A stretch of 64,000 nt of DNA, taken from Selaginella moellendorffii. Its lineage: Eukaryota; Plantae; Lycopodiophyta. Of this stretch, positions 1-10,881 are shown piece by piece; position 1 is the first letter of the stretch, and every line of letters begins with the position of its first letter. Made by a program: the position numbers and the translations under genes. The notes under the pieces are model-generated. The model was not told where the DNA came from and searched no databases. It was given only the letters and a program-made list of their open reading frames with translations. Where the stretch lies: contig NW_003314275.1 of assembly GCF_000143415.4 (NCBI RefSeq), positions 1,555,955-1,619,954 of the forward strand, read 5' to 3'.

Positions 1-560
1 TATAACTTTCATAAGCAATAACATGCCCATCTTGCATAAACATCCAAGTGCTGCACCATATTCATCAGTATATATATCATATGACCATGTCACACTAAGC
101 GTTCCAAGCACTAAAGTTCAAGATATATAATCTCTTCTTAGAAGAAACTCAAATTTAGATAATTTTATTGAGCTTGTTATCCCTCAAGAGTTATAGTCAT
201 GGCCACCTTGAGCTTTGCAAAACTATCTTGCTGAATACTTTCTCATTGAAACACAACATCTTTCTTGAGATTATTAGTAAAAGGAATAACAATTTGTGAA
301 AAAGCTTGACAGTAATAATATATTAAACCCATAAAATTGTGCAAATCTTGTACATTAAGCACAGCTTGAACCTTAAGGATCTAGCTTAAAGCCTTTCATA
401 GAGATAATATTTTAAAAAGTCATACATAGACTTCATAGTAAAAAATTTGCTTTCACAAAGCTTTTACAAAACTTGCAAAGATCATCTATATGCTTGTCCA
501 AAATAGCATGATAGATTAGAATGTCATCCAAAATATTTTATGGATATGTCATCTTACTAT
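1..560 (-). mobile_element. Degenerate Ty3/Gypsy LTR-retrotransposon pol fragment (reverse transcriptase / RNase H)
   Basis: The minus strand translates, with frameshifts and stops, to ILDDILIY (RT YxDD box, ~511-534), then GFKLDP/KVQAV..DLHNFMGLIYYY..FSQIVIPFT..LKK, QQDSFAKLKVAMT and MQDGHVIAYES (~5-37, start of RNase H). This is the Gypsy RT-to-RNaseH order. Confidence 0.85.
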
Positions 561-1564
561 TCTGCAAATATTGAATTCAAGAGCATTGAGAGCATTTTAT
601 GATGTATTCCAATTATATAAGTGAACTAGTATTTGCCAGCAAAAGCTGCATGGTTAGCAAAGGCACATATTAATCATTGTGTTATGCATTTGTTCTTTTT
701 TTCCTCTTGATGAGATTTTTTTTTATTCCACAAAAAGGAAGCTATTCCCAATTGGAGTGAATTATCTCAAGCACCCAAGCAATGCTACATCTATGCCTTC
801 TTTGCTAAACAGACACAATCCAAGAAAAAAGGAAGAAATCAAACTATGCTTACTCTTTCCTGGAGTGGATGGGATAGGGACTTCCAGCATCACCATTGGC
901 TCTATTGGGATCTCCTCCTCCTCTGCCAACCTTTGGTGAGACATAGCTTCCCACCACTCCAAGCTCGTCAAATCCGTTCCCTTTCTTCAATTCAGGGCGC
1001 TGGGACATGGCTACTTGCTGATTACCAGGATGAGTGCTAGGGTTTACCAGCGTGGCTGCTGCTGCTGCTGCTGCTGCTGAGTCGCCATAGCTTCTTTCTT
1101 CCTCTCACATTTCTTCTTGCCTAAAAAGCACCACTTCAAATGAAATTGTGCCAAGGGCAAAACTATCGAAGTTCGTCAATCTCTCCTCATTAAGTTTCCT
1201 CTTTGCAGGAGAGGAAAGAAGTGCTGCAGTAGGGACTGGGTGAATCACTGTGCCGGGACTTGAGTGTCATGTTTGGGAAGTGGCCATTTGATCTGGCCAA
1301 GCTGGAGAACCCTTTCAAAAATTGAGAACTCGACAAAATAGATCATCCAGAAAGGATGTCTTGGTGCTAGTGGAGCTTGTTATCAACACTTTGAATGTGA
1401 CACGTGTTGCAATGCCTTCTTCTCTCACCCCACGCAGCTTGGCCGTCTTCCATTGGCTGAGAGCAAACATCAGCACAATTATTCGCTAAGACGTGGTTAA
1501 AGAAATAACCCACCTCGCATTAGACGACTGCGATTTGGCAGCCCAGAAAGTTCCACACTATGAT

Positions 1565-1964
1565 AGATATTTCACTCTAAAAGATAGATTATGCTTAATG
1601 TAGCTGCCAGTGGTGGCATGCCTTTATATCCCAATTCCCATGTGAACTAGTGCAACACATAAAGTTTCTAAGGAAAAATCAGCATTGGCACTTCAAAAAC
1701 TCCTTTGGATCTGCACCTTTAAAGGTGAAATCGAGAGCATGAGCCGTAGGATTGTTTTGTATCCACGGTTGTAGTGAATCCAGAAAATATCTTGGCAGAA
1801 AGTGGCATATGCCCTCGTAGATATGTGAAATCCTTTGGGGCACTCCCATTGGCCCAGGCCACGTGGACAGTGAGCTGGCCACATGGATGATGACAGTAGC
1901 TTGAATCGCCACCGTCGCCGATAATATCTGCGCTTTTTCCACGCAAAAAGCCGTCGAAATATCT
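1565..1964 (+). promoter_or_regulatory. ELF3 upstream region with evening elements and a G-box
   Basis: Perfect evening element AAAATATCT at 1784-1792. EE-like AAATATCT at 1957-1964 and 1565-1572 (reverse), AATATCT at 1923-1929, G-box CACGTG at 1860-1865. Confidence 0.6.
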
Positions 1965-2210
1965 TTGTCCGTACAATACTGCCGTACCATCTTGGCAGTG
2001 GCCAATTGGAACGAGTTTGTTGATCCTTCTCTCTCACTCATCTCTCTCCATTCTCTCTTCTCTAGCTCTTGGCACTGGCGGCCATCGATCGATCTTCCTC
2101 CGTAACTCTGGTGCCCCCCATCGATCAAATTTCCATAGGGCAAAGATCCGCGCTCGCGCGCTGATCAATCTTGTGATGGTCCGCCCTTGAGATCGAGTCG
2201 AATTCGTCCG

Positions 2211-5081
2211 ATGACGAGCAAGGGGAGCTCGAGGGAAGGGCGGGGAGAGAGCAGCCGTAGCAGCCATAGCAATCACCACGGCAAGGGGCAGAGTAGGGCA
2301 AATGCCGCGGTAGCAGAGCCCTTGTTCCCCAGGGTTCACGTTAGCGACACCAGGAATGGCCCCAAAGCGCCGCCTCGCAACAAAATGGCGCTCTACGAGC
2401 AGCTCACGGTTCCATCGCAGCATTTTCTCCAAAGGCAAACCTCCGGATTGGTGTGGCCGCCCATGAATCCAGCCTACGCTTCCCAGGTACTCCCAAAATC
2501 TCGTTTTTCTCGTGAATTTGGCTGTAAGGTTTTGTTTTCTTTTGGATTTGGCTAAAGCTTTTGTTTGCTTTCTCGATTTCTTGCTTGGTTTCGTGAAGTT
2601 TTTGTTTGCTTTCGCGGTTTCTTTCTTGGTTTCGTGGATTTGGCTGTGAGCTTTTGTTTGCTTGTGATCTAGCTAGGCTGCTAGGAAGAAAAAAAAAACT
2701 GAGAAGTATGAAAGGTGATGGCTAGAAGCTGATTTTCTGGTCATGACTTTGCAGGGAGCACGTATTTAAGATAAATCGTTTGGATCTCTTGCAGTATGCA
2801 CCATTTGCCAGCAATTGCTTCACACCATGCTTCGCTCCTCCGGGGCTGTCATTCCACCACCATGCCAGCTCCACGGATGGAGGAACAGCGTCTCAATCCA
2901 TGGGGGCGCCGCTCGGCAGCCAAAAGAGCATGGTCATGGACTCGGAGGTCGACAAGGAGCTGCAAAGAGTTCCTCGAGTCGTGGACGAGAACAATCCAGT
3001 TGGAGGTGGTGGAAATGCTGCTACTCCTACTACCCCCTGTGCTGCTCGACCAGTTCCCTGCGCAAAATCTTCGTCCCAACAACAACAACAACAACATCCA
3101 AGCGCAAATACCATCACTGCCGCCACCGCTAACGTCGTGAACACCACTATGGCCAACGCCACCCTCGCCAACGTGAACAAGAGGGTGAGGAACGAGGACG
3201 ACTTTGCCGTGCCGACTTACTGCTTCCCGAAAGATGGCAAGGGTGTGGAAGCTGGCAGTGGTAGCAAGCAGCAGCAGCAGCAGCATAGCAACACGAGGAG
3301 TGAGATGAATGCGAGCAAGAGCTCGGCAGCTGAGATCGTGGAGAGGACTGTGCCATCTTCGGCTGGAGTTTCTTCTTCTCCAGCTGCTGTTGCCGGTGTT
3401 ACTGCTCCCGCTGCTGGTCGTGGTGGTGGTGGTGGTGCTGCTGCTACTGCTGCTCCGGGCGTGATTTCTCCGCACAAAGGTCATACGGAACACATATCCT
3501 CGAGCAATATCTGCGAGAGTGCTGCAGGCTCGGACAACCAGAGCGACGATTTCTTCCAGTCGCTGCACGAGGAGCAAGTGAGCGGCGATGGGGATTCCAA
3601 CGCTTCCATCGTCGACCCGTTCGGCAAGATCGCGGCAAGGGACGTTGTTGGAGCCGTCGGGGAGAAGGAGTTTTGGAAGACGCGCAAGACGATCTTAAGG
3701 TAAAAAAGTCTTTTTGTCTAGTCTAGATGTTGAGAACTTCATTCACTCGCAGGCAGCAAAGGATATTTGAAACGCAGGTTTTTGAGCTCCATCGTGTTGT
3801 CAAGGTAAACAGAGCACCAATTTCTCTTCTTTCATTGCTCTTGTACAAAAGGTGGTGTTTTCTAAGCCGTTTTTCTCGCAGGTGCAACACTTGCTAGCCG
3901 AGTCTCCAAAACTCTTGCTAGAGCCCGATCACGCCAGGTTCCATCTAGCCCAACCTCTGCCGATCACGCACGAGATTGCTACGCCGGCGGAGGGACGCCA
4001 GTTAGCTCATCCTCCAGTAGCAGTCAGGGGATCTAACAAAGATCAAACAACAAACTTCACCACCGCTCAAGCCTCGAAGCCGCTCTACAATCCCAAGGAC
4101 CAACACCGCCAGCAAAGATCATACTCCACAGCACCAGCGGATATCTCTCCTCGAGAAGCTCCTCCACCACCACCAGCTGTAACAGCAACACTCATAAACA
4201 CATGCTCGAGCTCTCCAGCGCCGCCCCCGCCGCCGCCGCCGCCGGAGATGAACTCGAGCTCCACCACCACCACCCAAGGCATGACTTATCAAACGTTCCC
4301 GGGGGCCGCGAACTCCTGGGGGTACGCCACCTTCCCCGCTGGCAACCAGTGGGCGATGCTCCCGCCCTCCTGCCAGCCTTACGTCTTCCAGCCGCCGCCA
4401 AACGCCGCTCAAATGCTACCGGGTTACGGTGCCGCATACCAGCCAGTCTTCCACAACGGCGCAGGAAGCTACGAGTTATTCCCGATGGTTCCACGCCCGC
4501 CAAGGATGCAAACCGCCGAGATGCAGCCCGTCTATTGGCAGCAGCCCATGTACCCAAGCGTCCACTCCTCCGGCTGGTACGCTTTTCCTCCGCAGTTCTT
4601 CGACTCCTCCTCGGTACAAACACCGCAACCTTCAAAGCTTCCAAAGTCGGCGAACTCGACGGTCATGTCCCCGATGGATCTCCAGCAAGAGCAGCGGCAG
4701 CAGCAGCAGCAGTATCAGCAGCAGCAGCAGCAGCAGCAGCCGAAGTTCCCCGGCTCCACGCACAACAGTGACATGTCCTCCATAGCTCAGAGCTCCGACT
4801 ACCATCACTTCCAGCAGCAGGAGCAGCAGGAGAAGAGAGGGCCCGAAATGACACAAAGGTGGATTGAAGGCGAGCGCCAGCAGCACGGGGTCAGTTACTC
4901 GCTGCCTTTCTCGTACGTCCCTCCATCGGAGAGGCACGAACAGCAGCAGCAACAGGGTGGTGGGGGTGGAGCAGGATTTAATGGAAACAATGGGGCCATG
5001 AAAGTCGTACCTCGGGCTGTAATGGCCACGCCCGAATCAGCAGCTGGGATTCTCAAGTCAATCCAGCGAGAGCGACGCTGA
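2211..5081 (+). CDS. ELF3: EARLY FLOWERING 3, evening-complex clock protein (4 exons: 2211-2486, 2795-3699, 3753-3804, 3882-5081)
   Basis: All ELF3 conserved blocks are present: [31 protein letters not shown]; [46 protein letters not shown]; C-terminal [29 protein letters not shown] introns keep the frame. Confidence 0.95.
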
Positions 5082-5411
5082 AGAAGAGTAAGAAATTCAG
5101 AAATGTAATGTAAAGAAGCAGCAGCTTAGAAACTGGAGGACAGCTGAAGAACAGCTCTCATAAGTAAGCTATTCTTCTTAAAATCTTGGTGTTTTTTTTT
5201 CTATGTGCTGATCTTGTTGTCCTGTGGCAGTGGATAAATGGAAGCAGCCCAACATGGTGTAACTTTGTTTTTTGTATGCATCTTCTGTTACTAAAGAAAA
5301 GAGATTTTTAGGGGTGACTATACCACCTACAGACAGCTCCAGAAGGGACATCATGCAACATGATCCTTGCAAGAACTCCTCTCTGTTTTTTTTTTCTTCC
5401 TTTTTTTTTCT

Positions 5412-5484
5412 CTCTCTGACTGCTTTTCTTTTTTCTCCTTTTTTTTACCCTCTCTGACTGCTTTCTTTTTTCTCCTTGTTTTTG
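5412..5484 (+). repeat. Short pyrimidine-rich tandem duplication (~38 bp x2)
   Basis: ctctctgactgctttt(t)cttttttctcctt occurs twice in tandem. Confidence 0.6.
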
Positions 5485-5847
5485 TTTTTTTTTGAGCTTG
5501 GTAATTCACCTAACAGTCATGTGAAGTGTACAGTGGCTCAGAACCTTAAAAATCCTAAGAAGAATGTTGTGTGGAATCCTTCTATGGTTGATAATATTGG
5601 ATGTGAGCTTCTAGAAATGATGTGTTGAAAGTCAAGCATGTCTCTCTGGAAACCTGTATAAAGTCTTGCAAAGATTGGACAAAAAAGGAGCATGTTTGAT
5701 TCTTGGAGATTTGTAGACAAGTTCTCTTGTAGTTGTAAATATTACCTTTTTACAAAATCAATTTTTTTTTTTTTTTACTCTGAGAAATAGTTTTTTGGAG
5801 TATGCTTTGGTTGTCACAGAGATTCTTTTCTCTTTGTTTTGCAGCAA

Positions 5848-6789
5848 TCACATGAAAACTTCTACAGTCTTGTTTGTAGATCCAGAGAAGAATTTGGAGA
5901 CTTTTGCTGGGCCAATGCAAGCCGGGACGTGAAGAACTGGCACGAATCCACCGCCGCTTGCCCTGTGATGCAGGGGAGTCGCGGGAGCGCTCCTCGTGAA
6001 ATTCATGTCCATCGCCAAGGATGGCGATGGTGGGAAGAAGCTGGCAATCGCCCTGTTCTTCCTTTGCTGCTGCTGCTGCTTGCTCTTGGAGTGGTGGTGG
6101 TGTTGGTTATGGTGATCGCCAACTTGGGCTTGAGCGGCCCTGGAAGAAGTTGGTGCTGGCGATGGCGATGGCGATGACGATGATTCCTTCCTCCCAAAAA
6201 AGATGTTTCGGAGAAGATTGGAGCTCGATGACGCAGGCTTTGATGAAGGAGGAGGAGGAGGAGGAGGCGAAATTGGAGGCGTGCTGTGGCTTTTCTTTAA
6301 CGCCACGAAGAAGAAATCCTTGAATCGCCTCGAGCTTCTCCCCCGGGGAGGATAGGACGACGACTTCTGGGTCGTGGGCGCCTTGGCACTGCCCGAGCTG
6401 CTAAAGTAGGGGCTGGGCGGCGCGGATCCCCCCCTTCTCAGCGTGTTGAGATCCTTCACCATGGCCATCCTAGACATGGGCTCCAATGGCAGCATCTTGC
6501 CGTCGTAGAAGAGCTCGTCGGCTGGAAATGCGGTGGAATCGGTGCCGCCGCGAGGGGATTTGGGCCGGACAAACTCGAAATCCGCGGGCTGATCGCCGCT
6601 ACTGCTCGCGATTGGCGCCGCCGCAGCGGCATCGAGCTGGAGCTGCTGGACCTCCTCCTGCCTGGCCAAGAAGCTGGAGAAAGAAACCCTGCGCTGCGAT
6701 TCCCTGCTCGAAATATCCACGAATTCCTCCCCGCCATGGCGCAATCGCGGCGTACCGGTGTCGTGCTCCGGGATCTGTATGAGCGCCAT
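5848..6789 (-). CDS. Intronless disordered protein with a MAKR/BKI1-like DFEF..PADELFYDGKMLPL motif
   Basis: 313-aa ORF. EEFVDI..RVSFS..DFEF..PADELFYDGKMLPLEPMSRMAMVKDL resembles the MAKR N-terminal box (PADELFYKGKLLPLHLPPRLQMV). It ends in PVLHVP and lacks the MAKR C-terminal GAIAHCK motif. Confidence 0.7.
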   Translation of the reverse strand: MALIQIPEHDTGTPRLRHGGEEFVDISSRESQRRVSFSSFLARQEEVQQLQLDAAAAAPIASSSGDQPADFEFVRPKSPRGGTDSTAFPADELFYDGKMLPLEPMSRMAMVKDLNTLRRGGSAPPSPYFSSSGSAKAPTTQKSSSYPPRGRSSRRFKDFFFVALKKSHSTPPISPPPPPPPSSKPASSSSNLLRNIFFGRKESSSSPSPSPAPTSSRAAQAQVGDHHNQHHHHSKSKQQQQQRKNRAIASFFPPSPSLAMDMNFTRSAPATPLHHRASGGGFVPVLHVPACIGPAKVSKFFSGSTNKTVEVFM

Positions 6790-7798
6790 CGCCGAGCTCG
6801 CGCGATCGATTGCCGATATTGTGGATCTCTCTCCTCTCTCCTCTCTCCCTCTCTCTCGACGCGCTCGTCCGCGCTATAGAAAAACCTAGGTAAAGAGCAA
6901 GAGTGATTTTTCCATTGTCTACTATGGGCCTTTTTAGAAAATGGACATGGACAGTGGCTTTAGTCACACGTTAGCTGCGATTCCAAGAGCTTCGTCACGA
7001 CATCGCCCGGAAGGTTCCAGTCGAGGGGCATCGTTGGTTCGATCCAGGTCGTGGGCGTGGCCACGCGGCGCTCTGGTATTTTGACTCGTGGCAGAGCCGC
7101 GGCCGTTGGTTTGACGCTTTTTTTCCTCTTTGTCATTTTCGATGTGATCACGGACAATCCAGATGTGTGTAGTTTAACTGATGTCGTGATTGATATTGAG
7201 AGGAAAGGTGGCGAAAAAGCATAGAAAAATTTCTGATACACTGTGGTTGTCAAGATATTTGGTAAGGTTGTTGTGTGAATGGCACAAGAAGTCTCTATAG
7301 ACACATTGATGAATCCACCCACTGTCAGTCATGGTTGATCCAATCATACACTCGTTATTAAATTTTTGGCCTTTAGACGTAACCCTAATCCTTTGGAACT
7401 TGACGGTGCCGTTATTTGACGACAGGCTGATTGACTGACGGGCGCTTGTCGCATTCCCGCCGGGGAAAACTTTTGTCCAGCCTGTCAACGGTCAGATTGG
7501 AATAAGTCCTTGGCCCGACTTTCCGTCCCGGAAGACCCACCCTCATTCTCCTCCTTTATTGGTGACAAGCGAAGAACGAAGAGAAAAAAGAGGGAGGAGC
7601 TCGTGCTCGTGGCGATCGATCGACGCGCGCCAGCGATGGCCGGAGATTTTTGACTCGAAATTCTCCTGCCGGATGAGCGCCACGTCCCGAAAGATAAGTT
7701 TTCACGCTCTGATTCTCAGGCAGGGCAGCCATTTCTATCTCTTCGCGTCTGGGATCTAAGATTTTCAAGGCTGGGCGAGGATAGGGTTCTTGGGATTC

Positions 7799-9112
7799 AT
7801 GACGAAGGCGAGCTGCTGGACGCATCCGGCCTTCTCCCAGGTCGGAGTATGCGCGGCCTGCCTCAGGGAGCGGCTGGAGCAGCTGTGCATCGAGGAGCAC
7901 TGCGGCACTCCGCCGCATCGATGCTCCTTCGACAGCAATTCCTCAGTGGCGCCGCCGCCGGAGGAGAATGGGGCGAGTGGCAATCTCGCCTCAATCTCGT
8001 CCATGATGGAGGCCGATCGAGCGGAGGCGGATTATCATCGCAATGGCGTCGAGGTACCTGTGGAGCCGCTGCCAAAGTTTTCGTCCTTCTTGCAGAGGAC
8101 GCATTCTTGGTCGAGCTCTCGGCCGCAAAGGAGTGGGTTTCCAGAGGCGAGGAACTTGGATTTGGGGAAGCCGCGGACGCTGGAGAAGGTTATCAGCGGG
8201 AAAGATCTCTACGGGAATCAGTCCTTGCCACCCAGTGGATTTTTGCTCAACGAAGGGAGCTGCAAATTCGACTTCTGCGAGACGCCCAAAGGCCACTACA
8301 AGGCTTCTTCGTGGCCGGAGATTGATTCCCGCAAGCAGCAGCAGCAGCAGGGTGATCAGCACCGCATGAGCTCGTGGATCGCGTCTCTGTTTGGAATCCG
8401 GAGCAAAGCCAAGGATCCAAAAGACCCGAGAGTGTTCAAGTCAGGGGAGCTCAAGGAGAGAAAGAAGTTTTTCAGAGGTCTCGGCAGGAAGAAGAAGAAC
8501 TCGGCGTTGTCCGTGGACACGAACGCGAAGCTGGAGCAGGAAGAAGCTTTTGCGAGTGGCGAGCAGCAGCAGCAGCAACACCAGGCGAATGGAACGAGCC
8601 GGGTGATGCCGCTGGCCGGGAACGGCGACTACAACTTCAACCACAAGCCGAGCTTGACGAACATGAGGTCTGTAAATGGAAGACAAAAGCCTCCCAGAGA
8701 TTCGAGCTGGCCAAAGGCGTGGAGCACTCCACTCCGGAAGTTCATGCACAACAAGGCCGACGTCGACAACGATAGTTTGGGAGACATCGAGGAGAAGAGC
8801 TCCTGGAATGCCTCGTCTCCAGCACCGGAAGTAAAGCGCTTCCATCCATCTCCGGCGTTCCCGACGAATTCCTCGTACACGGCCTACTACCGGGACTATG
8901 GATCTTCGTGGAGTCTACACTCGAGTCCCATGCCCGGGAGTAAAGCTAGGTGGAATCAGCAGCACCACCGTGCACGGCCTTGGGAGGCGAGCAGGGACAA
9001 CTTCCACTTGCATTCCTCGTCGCCGTTTCATGCGGCTGGCAGCAACACTTGGAACTTCTACTTGACACCATTGAGACCCGTGAGAAGCACGACTTCCCGG
9101 CACAGGACGTGA
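7799..9112 (+). CDS. OCTOPUS-like / DUF740 family protein (intronless)
   Basis: N-terminal CWTHP....GVCAACLRERL motif and C-terminal FYLTPLR motif, typical of DUF740/OPS-like proteins. ATG at 7799. Confidence 0.85.
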   Translation: MTKASCWTHPAFSQVGVCAACLRERLEQLCIEEHCGTPPHRCSFDSNSSVAPPPEENGASGNLASISSMMEADRAEADYHRNGVEVPVEPLPKFSSFLQRTHSWSSSRPQRSGFPEARNLDLGKPRTLEKVISGKDLYGNQSLPPSGFLLNEGSCKFDFCETPKGHYKASSWPEIDSRKQQQQQGDQHRMSSWIASLFGIRSKAKDPKDPRVFKSGELKERKKFFRGLGRKKKNSALSVDTNAKLEQEEAFASGEQQQQQHQANGTSRVMPLAGNGDYNFNHKPSLTNMRSVNGRQKPPRDSSWPKAWSTPLRKFMHNKADVDNDSLGDIEEKSSWNASSPAPEVKRFHPSPAFPTNSSYTAYYRDYGSSWSLHSSPMPGSKARWNQQHHRARPWEASRDNFHLHSSSPFHAAGSNTWNFYLTPLRPVRSTTSRHRT

Positions 9113-10217
9113 TGGATCAGCAGAGCGGAAAGAGAGAAAAAAAGAGCCGCTTGGTGGATGCGTCGCGTTCCTCGTCGACTTGGGATCTTTGAGAGGTATG
9201 AAAAGTCAAGCTTGCTTTCGTTTTTTCGTGCGAATGCTTAGCATGTAAAGCTGGTGAATGGCAGTGTGTCAGCAGAGGAGCGGCGATACATATTTTGCCA
9301 AAGCCAACAGCAGCTCGTAACTACAAAGCAGAGGCAGTAATGGTGCTCAGTGCTCGTCCGCTGGCCGGGCCGGGAAGAACGAAAAGAAGGGATCGAAAAA
9401 GGATGCTATCAGGACAAAGCCATGGGCCCGGTCAGTGTGATGGATAAAGGCTTTGGCAGCGTGTAAAGTGTAGCAGCAACAACACCACCACCACCACCAA
9501 CAGTAGCAGCAACAGCAGAAGCAGCAGGAATTATCAATGCGGGTCGGGCTAGAGCGAGCGAAGCCATCAATCAATCAGCGCTGGTACGCCCTCCTGGCCG
9601 AGATGCCGAAGAAGAAAAGTCCATGCTGAGCTGAGCTGAGCCATGGTGGTACTAGCACTGCCTGGGATACTACGGATCGTTCGACAAAGCGCACAGCACT
9701 ACTGCTACTGGTCCAAGAAAAAAAAGGAAGACAAGGGAAGCACGGCATTGGTTGGAATCTGATGCACAAGGCTTGGGTGGAGTAGCAGCGAAGCGTAGAC
9801 CAGCACGGCTTGCAGATATTTTTTGGGATGTGGATTCTGGGAGAGAGGTGTTCTAGTGTCAGTCGGGCAGGCAGGCGGTAAGAACACGGAGAACACGATC
9901 CATTCTTTTCTTCTTCGTTTTAGTGAGGCCGGGCTTTTCGTTTTCGATCGATTGATGTTGGTGGGCTTGTTGGTGGTGGTATGGTCGTCGTCTTGGTCGA
10001 CTTTGGTGGGATGTGACGTTCTCGATCTCACTCCATCTCTCTCTCACAGTAACACTGCCAAAGCAAAGAAAATGCTAAAATTTCATTCATTCAAACGAAG
10101 ACCATGACGAGGAAAAGTGGAAAAGAAAGAGGAGCGTGAAAGCGAAGGGATTGCCTTGGAAGCGAGGAAATCAATTTGCCAGGGGACAAGGACAACTCCA
10201 GAAGCATATTCCCTCCA

Positions 10218-10378
10218 TTTAAACTAGTAGCATATTCGGTTCTGTTAGTGGTGCCCTAAAAGCACCCCGTTTAAACCAGTAGCATATTCGGTTCTGTTGC
10301 CCCAAAAGCACCCCGTTTAAACTGGTAGTATATTTGGTTCGCTTAAGCCACAGCACAGCATATTCGGCATTTTAAACT
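10218..10378 (+). repeat. Degenerate ~46-52 bp tandem repeat (3-4 units)
   Basis: Units tttaaac(t/c)agtagcatattcggttctgtt..gccc(t/c)aaaagcaccccg start at 10218, 10270 and 10316, plus a partial fourth agcatattcgg. Confidence 0.8.
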
Positions 10379-10881
10379 TGGGTCCCGCCGGAAAAGTAAA
10401 GGAGTCTCGATCTTTGGCTGTGAGCCGTGGATTCGTCACGTTCCCCGCCAAAAGCGCCACGTGCGAGCGATGGATGGGGCGGGAATCGACGGCATGGATG
10501 CGCGGCTTTCGTGGCTTGGAGTGGCCCCGCCCACATTGTGGGAGAGAGAAGAGGAGGAGAGAGACGCGCTGGCGCTGGCGCTGGCTAGGGCAGAGGAGCA
10601 ATGCGTCCGCTGGAGCGTCACGACGGCGATAGCGACAGTGGAGAGGGGGAGATGTTGCTGTAGGGAGCGACGCCATATCGATCGATTCTTCTGGCGCGCC
10701 ATCGCCATGGCCGGCAGCAGCACTGGAATTCTCCGCGGATTTCCAAGTCGCCGGAAGACGTCATGCGATTCCAACTGATCCTGCGCCTTCGTCACCGATC
10801 CAAGTAAGTGATCGTGAGAGATCGCGAGAATTTCTTCCTTTCTCTCGAGCTCGAGCTTGAGCGTAATATTTTGATCCAGGG

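Noticed and set aside
10218-10378. Repeat array as a CRISPR locus
   Set aside because: Units are contiguous without unique spacers, there are no cas genes, and the context is eukaryotic
10317-10795. Overlapping 84-119 aa ORFs upstream of the glycosyltransferase
   Set aside because: GC-rich 5'UTR/promoter sequence followed by a UTR intron donor (gtaagt ~10804); no protein motifs
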